Assembly (NCBI RefSeq): GCF_006345805.1
Contig: NC_042997.1
Span: 69,130,001 to 69,194,000, forward strand
DNA length: 64,000 nt
Origin: Octopus sinensis
Lineage: Eukaryota
Reading direction: 5' to 3'
Every line of letters starts with the position of its first letter. The stretch's first letter is position 1. A program made the position numbers and the translations under genes. Under the pieces are notes generated by a model. The model saw only the letters and a list, made by a program, of their open reading frames with translations, was not told the origin of the DNA and searched no databases. Shown one piece after another: positions 53,420 through 64,000 of the stretch.

Positions 53420-53790
53420 AGGCGCAGGTGTGGCTGCGTGTTAAGAAGCTTGCTTCTCAGCTACATGGTTCCGGGTTCAGTCCCACTGCGTGGCACCTTG
53501 GGCAAGTGTCTTCTAATATAGACCCGGGCCGACCAAATCAGCGTGAGTGAATTTGGTAGACGGAAACTGAAATAAGCCCATGTATATATGTGTGTGTGTG
53601 TGGGGGTTTTTATGCCTGTCTGTCCCCACCTCACCACTTGACAGTTGGTGTTGGTGTGTTTACCTTCCCGTAACTTAGTGGTTTGCCAAACGAGATTCGA
53701 TAGAATAAGTTCCAGGCTTAACAAAAAAACAACTACTGGAGTCGATATATTCGACTAAAAATCCTTCAAGGCGGTGCCCCAGCATGGCCG
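53420..53790 (+). mobile_element. SINE family A variant
   Basis: AGGCGCAGGTGTGGCTG head through GGCGGTGCCCCAGCATGGCCG. Confidence 0.85.
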
Positions 53791-56700
53791 AGTGGTCACT
53801 CGACCTTCCAAAAATAGTAGCCAAATCTTCATTGAATAATCCCACTCCCACTTAACTTTAACAAGGAATGACACTTTGGATAATCCATTCTTAGATATCA
53901 CACACAAAAAAAAAAAATGCAGATTATTAAAGTTCGGAGTTCCTTTGATTATAGATTTGCTCAATTAGGATTGATCTGGGACTGGCTCAGCAACAGCAGC
54001 GACAACATCAAGAATAACAACATCTGCAGTAGTATATTGCAGAGCAGGAAGCGAGTAGTGATTTGTTGCTTACGTTATACAATACATTATGAGTAATGCT
54101 GGAACAGTTTTCAGTTTGAGATGGGACATTGGTCGCGATTGGTTAGTCTTATGGTTGCTATCAATACCGCCCTCTCTACTCATTCCCTCTCCAACATCAC
54201 AGCAACGATTACGACAACGACGAACACCCCCCACCATCGCCGCCACTATTCTTGCCAGCCAGCCTCAGAACACTTCCCCTACCACCACCAATACTACAGG
54301 CACAACACACGCTCCTTGCTATTACCACAACCACTACCATTTTCAACACGGCCAGTAAAATCCAGAGTAACCAGTAAAATCTACCACCGCTTTCCAACCC
54401 TGTTGTTAAAAGCGTGCACAGCTGCGTGCAGAAGATTCCATAGGATAGCTCTTTGTATAGCAGCAGTTCTTTTCGACAGTAATGGTGGGGGGAAGTGTTA
54501 GTGGTAGTTGCGGTGTCGATGATGATGGTTAAAACATTGGTCGTGATAATGTTGTTGTTGGTGGTGGTAGTAGTAGCGGGTGGCGATGGTGGATGAGGTT
54601 GGGCTGACAGCGATAGTGTTGGTGTTGGTGCTGGTGACGGTTAACAAGATGCTCGTGATGGTGGTAGTATCGGTGGTGGGTTGATGGTAGTTGTAGTTGG
54701 AGTATGGACGTTGATGGCGATGACAACGGCGACGGTGGTGGCGACATTGGAAGAAGTGGAAGAGTAGGTAGTAGTAGTTGCAGTATGAACAATGGAGGTG
54801 GTGTGCGGGGGGAGGGGTTGCTGGTGGTGGTGTTGGTGGTAGTATCAGTGGTGACGATGAAAGCAGTATCGGTGTTGGTGATGAAGGATATGGTTGCAGA
54901 AGTGACCATCATAGTGAGAGCGTTGGGAGCAGTAACAGTGGAAATGGTAGTAGTGGTAGCAGTATCGGCTATGATAGTGATAACATTGGAATTAAGTTGT
55001 AATTGTGGTAACAGTACCGATGATGGTGACGGTGATGGTGGTGGCGGTGGTAGTGGTGGTTGTAGGAGGAATTTGTGTAGACAGTTGTGGTACTGGTGAC
55101 ATTGCAGCGAATAGCAGTGGCCACCATTGTGACAGTTGCGTTACTGATGTGCAACATTTTATTTGTCACAGTGGTGGTGTTAATGTTGTTATTGTTGGTG
55201 GTGATGGTGTTGGTGGTGGTAGTGGTGTTAGTGTTGTTGTTGTTGGTGGTGGTGGAGTTAGATTTTGGTGATGTGGTGTTGGCATTCTTTGTAATGAAAA
55301 ATGAAGAATTCCAGGTAGGAGTTTTGGTGACATAAGCGATTGTATTGTTGATGTTCGTGATGAAGCCGATGGATGTTGTTTTGGTAGTAACAGAGGTGAA
55401 GTGGTAGCAAGGAAAATGTTGGTTGGGCGAGATTGGTTGGGTTGGTGGTGGCAGAGAATGTGATGCTGGGTATGTTATGAACCAGTCTCTTCCTATGTGC
55501 AAGAAACCTAGTATATTATTCAACGATTCCTTTATTCAAGACGATAGGATGTGATTTGAGGGATGATTCGTTGGTACTTCAGGGGTGATTCGTTGACCGC
55601 AATACTATGTAGAAGCTCCCATATTAGCTCCAGGTGGTCGTAGTGATGATAATTGCACAAGTTTCTGGTATTATTGACGTTGTTACTTGCCAGATCAGTG
55701 CTAGTTGAGTAGGTCTGTTATCAAAAGCATTCCTGTATTTTCTTTAGATATAGCGTATTTGGTATTACATTCTCCGCTGTCTAACTTGTTCAAGTTGTTA
55801 CTTGTGGTACTCGGTCCTGTTTTCTCCTAGTTTAGTTCAAATAACACCGCGGTTAAAATTGCTTTCAGAAGTCAATATTTAAAGCACCCGTCCGGCACTT
55901 GAATCGATTTCTCCCTCTACTTTTCTTCCCCAATTTCTCTTTTCACTCTGGATTCAAAAGTCTAGTCTAGCCTAAAAATTTTGTTTATAGAACACAAGAT
56001 TGTAGAATGTGCACTCACATACAAGATAGTTTCGCGAGTAATTCAGTTGGTGGAACATCTGAAGACCGGTCATTGAGAGTGACGTAAAATCCATTATCCA
56101 ATCCCTTTCCCTTGTTTTCTTAAGACCGGGGAATATGATTTTAGGTATATTTGCATGTCTTAGAAGCTAACACGACCGCTAAGATTTGTTTCTTGTCAAC
56201 AAATATTTGTGGTGGGTTTCTGTTTATGTTTTGTGAGCTGTAATAGTAATAGTTTATCAAATTTATGGTGACAATAGTGGTGCTAGAAATGACGGCAAGA
56301 TATGATGGCAAGAGTTCTGCTGATACTAGATATGGTTGGTTTATGTGAGTTAATAGTTTTCTGATTTATAATTTACGATAGCAAATTTTGCTAAATTTGT
56401 TTGTGCTATTTGATGTAGTGTTATTCGTCACGTATTTCTTTTTTGTTTGTTTGCTTTTTCGTTGAAATCCAGGTCAGCCTTGATTGGGAAGAGCTATGAT
56501 CAATGGTATTCTTCCCGCGATCAATTCATTCAGGAAGAGTGTATCATCATCAATGTGCACTTCACTCGTTAAGACGATAGTGTATGATGTTCATAAGTTT
56601 CGCTGCTGTTTCTTGGAAGCCGTCTACTGTATACATGCGCCTTAATGATTTGTGTTAACCGTTGATTTTTATGAGTGGAAGATGGTGAATTGCATGTCAA

Positions 56701-57213
56701 TTCGATATTGGCTTCCCGACTTATTCAGAAATAATGTATTTAAAACGCTATTCTTAACTCTGTAGAAATCTCCCAACGAGGGGAAATTTCAGAATTTTAC
56801 AAGATAATTTGGTGCTTCTATGAAGAAAATTATTTCGAGATTGAAAACTTCATTATAATTGTTAGTATTGTTTCATTACATTTTTTTTGTTTTATTGATA
56901 GTCATTGTTAGGATGATATAATGTTAAATTGATATATGACTTTTAATTGTTACGTTATAAATTGTTTTCTAAATAAATCTCTTTCCTTATATGTAAGGGG
57001 AAATCGTGATAATAAAGTGGAAAATACATTTATTAAAGTGAGGAATTGTTGAAAAAATGTTACGAAACACAAATTTTGACATTATTCAAAGTATTTTTGT
57101 TGCTAAGATGTTAAGGTATGATGGTTTGAGGAGTAACGTGATTGCTAGCTGTAACAGATCGGGTGACCACGTTGAGTCTTTTGAATTAGATCATCTTGTC
57201 GCTTTGTTCACAG

Positions 57214-57251
57214 TAACTAGCAGTATATATGAGGCCTATTGGTAGCAGATT
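57214..57251 (+). CDS. Candidate micro-exon containing a start codon (MRPIGSR-)
   Basis: Acceptor CTTGTCGCTTTGTTCACAG| and donor ATT|GTGAGT; ATG at 57229; no homology recognised. Confidence 0.22.
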
Positions 57252-58330
57252 GTGAGTATTCCATCAACATTATGATAGAGAGGTAGTATTGAAGATGATG
57301 CTTAGACACAGATCCGCTCTGATTGAGCCGATCTATGAACAAAAGCATTTCAAGTATAACTATTCCATCTTTTTGCATGTAAGCGCAATTTCCCTTTATT
57401 TCGAGCTGTAAGGTGTGATCTGAGGGAGATTCAAATGGTATTCCTGGCAGGTCGAACGACAACGTAGCTGTTCACTTGATAGCAACAGTGACAATGTTAA
57501 CGGTGGTAATGCTACTGTTGGTTATTAAATTATTAATGTTCGATTTCACATTGGAAATGTTTGGTTGTTTAGTTACAAAGGAGTGAAGTGATAATAATGC
57601 TCATTTCGGTTGTTGGAGACCACACTAATATGTGTTCTGCTTGTTTTCTCTAGGAGGATTAGATATACAAGATTTTTGTTCTTAATGTCATTGATGTTCG
57701 AGAATACCTCTGACATGAACATCGTTTGCCAAATAATATTATGACAGTTTGGATACGTATTTCCTCTTCATACATTCCTGCAGGATTTTGTGGTGGTCAC
57801 TAGATTTCATGAGTGCCTTTGAAGGCTTGAAATATTAATGCTGAAATGCTTGTTGGTGATTATAGAGAATATTGTTTGCTAGTTGTTATTGTTGTTGCTG
57901 TTTATTCGAAGATCAACTAGGATTAGGAACAGGAAAGTGCAAGGGCAATCCAGGGGTATATATCACGTCTTTTCCTGAGGCACAATGCGTCTACAGCTGT
58001 ATTACCCACTGTGCCCTTATTTTTCTAAGAAAAATGTGTGCTTTGATGGGAAATTGGTTATTATTGCCAGCAGACTATCGAGAAATCCCAGAAGTAGTCC
58101 ATTTTCGCTTAACTTCAGGTCGGACTTAACCATCATTCGTGATTAAAATATTCCAAGCTTTAACCATTCTAAAATTTAAAAAAACTTCGGAGCCTAATCA
58201 TAGGTGAACAACTCATCCGCTTTTCAGGTGGAGTACAATAAAGAATACAATATGCAGTGGTTCATTTGTTTAATTAGTTATTCTTTTTATGGTTAGATGT
58301 GATGAGTGATATTTATCTGATAAACTTTAG

Positions 58331-58385
58331 CATGTCGTGTAAGCGCTTAGATGCCCTCTTGTCTCCATCTTTGAAAAATTATAAG
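58331..58385 (+). CDS. Candidate micro-exon (-MSCKRLDALLSPSLKNYK)
   Basis: Acceptor AAACTTTAG|, strong donor AAG|GTAAGG, open frame phase-compatible with 57214-57251. Confidence 0.22.
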
Positions 58386-59265
58386 GTAAGGAAATTTCGC
58401 CCGATTGCTAGTAGTATTTACTTGTAGGTTACTTACTTTATTTTAAACATCCCATCATGCAATTCACAGGGTCACTGAGTTTCTAATGTCGAAAAAAAAA
58501 AGAGCGCTTGTAACTCATAACTCAAGGCAGAATGAATATCACGAGGTATTTCTTTGTAAACCACTGTTTTTTTCTATTTTCTTGCGAATATTCATGCAGA
58601 TATTCATGTAATTTTCATAAAAGTATATGAAAATATGATTCATAAGAAACTGATCAATTCGAAGTTATAGTAGATGGAATTTTCTCCAGGTATCGCACAG
58701 TGGGATCGAATTCGGAACCAGGCAGTTATGAAACCAAGGTTTTTATATTTTTTTTTAACCATACGGCTATGTTTTCTAAGTAAAAGTAAACTTCAGCGTT
58801 GTTTCAAATCAATGCTTTTGCTGAAGTAAAACACTCCAGAAGTAAAACACCTGGAACTTTTCTCCTCATTACTTTGTGTTTCGGCTTTACAAACATTCCT
58901 AAAAGCTTATTACAATTAAACAATACGTCTGAATTCTTTTTTAGACGGTGCGGTCCCGTACACCAAAAGTTATTGGTAATCTAATCCTGTTGCCTCATAT
59001 CATAAACATTCGACAAAAAGTCAGAAAGACAGAAGGGATAGGGGGAGAAAGGGAGATTGGGGGAAAAGCGAAGAGCTTTTACAACGCTGTTTTCGGAAAT
59101 GTATTTTGTTGCACATATAAGTAGAGAACAAGATTTGGTAGCACTCAGAATTTTGTTTTCAATTCCCTAAAAACCACTTGAAATACTATTTGCTTAATGT
59201 AAAAATTGCCATACAGATTTATTCAGTACTAATGGTTTACAAACTTTGGTACTGGACAATAATTG

Positions 59266-59326
<61 letters not shown>

Positions 59327-59327
59327 T

Positions 59328-59361
<34 letters not shown>

Positions 59362-59749
59362 GCACACACGCGCACACACACACACACACACACACCACAC
59401 ACACACACACACACATACACATACATACACGCGCGCGGGGGCATTAAAAATTCGCCGAAAGAAGAGAAATCGGGTTAGAATAGATTGAACAACGCAGGGT
59501 AACTAGGAAAATATGATCTACCCCAGTCGTAAAAGTTTCATTTAACGTTCTATTGCAAACTGCGGGAGTTCGATCTTAATTAAAAATTCCAACAATAATT
59601 ATATTGGCAACAATGAGGTTTACAACCTGGAAAAACAACAAAGAGGAGTTAAACCTCGGTACTTTTATTGTAAACCCAACGCTACAAATACGAGCCATTA
59701 CCTGGTATATATATATATATATTATATATATATATATATATATGAGAGT

Positions 59750-59812
59750 AACTTAATTGGAAATGGATGCGTGGCGTTCAATCATATAATAATATAAATA
59801 ATATACACATAT

Positions 59813-59861
<49 letters not shown>

Positions 59862-60200
59862 GAGTACATGACGTCACAACACGTAACAACATGAAAATAC
59901 AAAGGCAAACTTGGGTATGCGAACAACGAGAGGAAAAAATGGAAAACAAGACATGTGACAGAAAGAAAGACCCTTCACCAGTTGTCGGCTGTTCATCTAC
60001 TCCGCATTTCGAGCAATTAACGACAATACGAGGCTTCGAAAAACAGTTACTCACGCGAACCCCCAAAAAATGGGGATTTGCGGAGGGTCAACGCTGATAA
60101 CAAAAACAGGACAGGGGAGACACAACACACAAGGCAAAAACAAACATGGAGGGACGTTAGGCCAGACGAGGTAAGGTAGCGAACGCTGAAAGAATATTCT
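59750..60200 (-). mobile_element. pLTR-like repeat with the 30-nt terminal motif (copy 2)
   Basis: Same motif + (TA)n + body layout; shares TTCATCTACTCCGC.TTTCGAG with copy 3. Confidence 0.45.
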
Positions 60201-60479
60201 TTGACAAGAGAAAAGATAGAGGAGGAGACAGATAAGAATGCGTCTGGTCTGTGCAACAAACTGAAGGAATAGAAAGATGATCAGGTGAGGAAAAGAAAGA
60301 TGGACAATAGTTAAATATGAGTAGCGAGAGAGAGTAAAGGAGGAAAAAGGAGAGAGAGACAGACAGACATATAGAAAACGGTGAAGGGGAGAAAAAAGAA
60401 TTAGAGAAAGGATGAGAGGACAAAATATATATTCATGTTGTTTTCGTAGTTCATGTTGTTTACGTTTTGCTACGTCCTG

Positions 60480-60679
60480 TAGGCATATATGCATATATAT
60501 ATATATGTACATATAAATGTAGGTATGTACATATATGTATGTATGTATGCATATATATATATATATATGATATATATATATATATAATATACATATATAT
60601 ATATTATATGGATATATATATATATATATACATATTATATGGATATATATATTATATATATATATACATATATATATGG

Positions 60680-60712
<33 letters not shown>

Positions 60713-60786
60713 TAGGTACGTATATATATATATATATTTATATGTAAATATATACATGCGAATATATACACTTATAGGTACATATT

Positions 60787-60818
<32 letters not shown>

Positions 60819-60922
60819 TATTATATATATATGTATATATATATATATGTATGTATGTGTATATATATATACATATATATTTACATGTATGTATATAGTT
60901 GTATACATATATACATAAATAT

Positions 60923-60953
<31 letters not shown>

Positions 60954-60955
60954 CG
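60480..60955. repeat. (TA)n-rich microsatellite field
   Basis: Directly visible. Confidence 0.95.
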
Positions 60956-60959
60956 ATAA

Positions 60960-61320
60960 AACTTACTTAGAAGTGGATGCGTGGCGTTCTATCATATAAT
61001 AACAAAATAATAAATAAAACATATGCATATATACATACATATATGTATGTACCTATATCTATATGTATATATACATGCATATATGGGTACAGGACACCAA
61101 AAAATTGTCGAACACAATGAGAAACGAAAACATAAAAACAAAACCAAGGAAATGGACATTTTTCTTAAACAACGAAAAAATAGAGTACAAGACATACAAC
61201 ACAAGGAACATTCCCCTTCTTCAGCCGCCTCTGTTTCATCTACTCCGCGTTTCGAGGGTAAAGGCGAGACACGACTTCTTGAAACAGTCCTTCTCGCAAA
61301 GCAAATTAAATAAAATTTCA
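60960..61320 (-). mobile_element. pLTR-like repeat with the 30-nt terminal motif (copy 3)
   Basis: As for copies 1 and 2. Confidence 0.45.
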
Positions 61321-61777
61321 GATTTTTTTGCGGATGGGTAAAGGTGATGACACTGTTTTTTGCAAACTATCTTCTGCAGGTTCTTTCATTCAAGCATTAT
61401 TTCCCATTAACTGAGTGTATGTTTCGAGTCGCTTCGACTGCAGAGTTTCCTTTTTTTGTACTCATAAAACATTATGTGCCTTAAATGTTACTTGGATACT
61501 TCCATGTAAGAAAGTGTTTTAATCAAAGAAATTTTAATTCTATTATTCTGTAAAATAATATTTAATTAATTTAAATGTACACGAATGCATAAAAATAATT
61601 TTTAATTCCATTAGACATTCTAAAATACTATTAAATTTCATTCAATTTTAAGAAAGGTAAAATCGGACGGAACTTATGGGATGAACTGATACATAGACCC
61701 TGCCATTTTGGATTACCCGATATTTTAAACTTTCTGGATTGTTGGAACCTTTCTTTATTGCTCATTTCATTCATTTG

Positions 61778-62024
<247 letters not shown>

Positions 62025-63894
62025 GCCATCCCTGATGATTCTTTAACGAGAGACTAAGTAATCTAAATTGGTTAATCATCACTCTCTCTTTCTCCCTCTT
62101 TATCTCTCTGTTTATATCTGCCTATATATGCGTATATATATATATTATATATATATATATATACGTATCTGTGTGTGATGTGTGTGTTTGTGTGAGTGTA
62201 TGTGTGTAAGTATGTATCATGTATTTATGTATATGTATATGCATGTATGCCATGAAAAGTGAACATACAGGAAGAATCGAGTGTTCACAGTGAGAGAGAA
62301 TTGTCATCTTAGAAAATTAAACGTTGCGTAAAGTTATATATATACACCAGCGTATAAATGATACGTACATATATGCATAGACACACACGCACACACACAC
62401 ATAAGCATTTATGTATGCAAAGAGGACCAAAAATAGTATTGTATTGCGGATGCAGTTTTCCATCTATGCATGTTTATTTCTGTTAGCCAATTATATCTCT
62501 AAGTCAGCAAAGGGGAAGCATTTAATTTTCATTTGGTGAGGATATACGAGTTGAACTTTCCACCTCTTTGGTAATCATTATCAGAGTGAAGTTTGATAAT
62601 TGTGTTATAGAATTAAGACATATTAATTCCGGAATTAATTCACTAAGTCGTTCTATTTATGATAACAATATGCTTGGCAACAATCCATGGATTCGCAACT
62701 AATGCGTTGTCGATGCTTTTATTATTCTCTTTTTCTTTCATCAAACCATTATTGGGTTTGTCTTTTACCCAAAGCACTGTCAAGCCAAGGATATTAGTAT
62801 ATTGTCCATAATAGTCGTATTTCACAGCAAAAGGCAATACAATGTATCTTCTCAAACCCAATTAATCTTCTAGTCTATCTTCTATTAATGCCTCACCCAA
62901 GCATTTTTTATTCCCCGCCGTCTTGTGTGCGGTAGCCACTTTCACTTGATAGTTAATATTCGTCATTCTGCGGTAGAGCTCAGTCATTTTTCAGCACAAT
63001 GTGAGATACACAACGTGCTGTCGCCTAATGGTGAATCGAAACCATGCCTTTACAATCTTGACTCAAGTAGCTTAACTATGTAGCCACACCAAAGAAATAG
63101 AATGAGATGGAATCATAGAGCAACGTATCAATTGCAGGCTTAAAATCTTTAATGGTTTTGGATATCTATTGAGGGTAACAATTTTGTCGACGAGAAGTAT
63201 AATATATGAATTTAATAGGAACATCATGGTGGTAGTGGTGGTGGTGGTGGTGATGATGGTGATGATGTTAGGGATGATGATGATGATGATGATGATGAAA
63301 TTAAAATAATCATTATTTTTTCATTGGCCCCTATTGCTAGTATAAGTACAAAATATACGTGTACAAACGGAAAACAGGGCAAGTGTTGCATATATACACG
63401 GATTTATAAAAAATTTATTATTAAAAGTTAATAATAAAATTTAAATAATGAAATGTTTTAATCGATAGAAGACATCCGAACACTACCAGTGGAAGCCCCT
63501 CAAAAATCACAGTGACCCTGACTATATAGTTAAGTGCCCCTCCCATTTAATCCTGCTACAATCTAGATAAAATCGTATGTTCACCTCTCATCTACCTTTC
63601 AACGAATTTGCTAGATGACAACACCTCCCTCTCCACCTTCAATTGTTTTTACAAGTGAAACCTGAAAAAGTTGATGTGGGCTTGGGCAAAGAGGAAAGAA
63701 TGTCTTCAGTGCTTTCACTCTCTTTCTACCAAATATCTTTCGCCATGACCACCACACAGATAAAAGCACCCTCCCTTTCCTGTCCAAAGGAACGCGGCAG
63801 AGCGATTTTCACTATGGACTCAACTGCTAGCCGGATCCATACTACACGTGACAGCAACTTTTCGACATAGTAATCATTTCTGCTAAAAATTACA

Positions 63895-64000
63895 AGCGTG
63901 GAATTTTGTGGAGAGGGGGGAAATCAATTCCATCAACCCCAGTGCTCAACTGGTACTTATTTTATTGACCCCGAAAAGATAAAAAGTTAAGTCGACTTCG
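63895..64000 (-). mobile_element. SINE family B, 3' part, running off the window
   Basis: CCCCAGTGCTCAACTGGTACTTATTTTATTGACCCCGAAA..AAGTCGAC. Confidence 0.8.

Larger units (their letters stand above)
51280..55520. repeat. Ancient degenerate trinucleotide low-complexity region (CAA/CAG-rich, then GGT/GAT-rich)
   Basis: Strong compositional skew with 3-nt periodicity; yields T/N- or V/G-rich spurious ORFs. Confidence 0.8.

Noticed and set aside
54969-55523. 184-aa Thr/Asn-rich mucin-like ORF
   Set aside because: Arises from degenerate ACC/AAC trinucleotide DNA that leaves several frames open; no signal peptide or splice context
61215-61300. CTGAAGA and CGAAAC motifs in pLTR-like copy 3 as a hammerhead
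   Set aside because: They are in the wrong order or lack the partner core element
62672-62700. LGNNPW, like an LRR C-cap
   Set aside because: Followed by a stop three codons later and no CxC

Overview
AT-rich, microsatellite-saturated animal genomic DNA, almost certainly from an octopus (coleoid cephalopod); this is inferred from the tRNA-derived SINE families and the (TA)n/(CA)n/(TAA)n load. No intact cellular gene can be identified. Nearly all ORF-track entries are translated microsatellites or SINEs. Recognisable coding remnants all come from mobile elements: a Tigger/pogo transposase, two mariners, a Tc1/mariner deletion derivative, a hAT-Blackjack fossil, a possible Sola-like fossil, CR1 RT, Naiad-type Penelope-like RT and GIY-YIG pieces, and two R4/Dong RLE 3' ends. 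Most interesting: (i) a nest of five same-orientation insertions in (TAA)n at 26.8-29.6 kb, including a non-coding element with defined ends that may be a non-autonomous Dong partner, plus a separate TAA-tailed tRNA-only SINE; (ii) several type I hammerhead ribozyme motifs, one near-perfect at 33036-33088; (iii) a perfect nested inverted repeat at 34247-34544 and two larger inverted structures; (iv) a 3' stem-loop with compensatory changes shared by the main SINE and the CR1 LINE; (v) a candidate promoter/first exon at about 48.6 kb with possible downstream micro-exons. Family names come from motif recall, not database searches.
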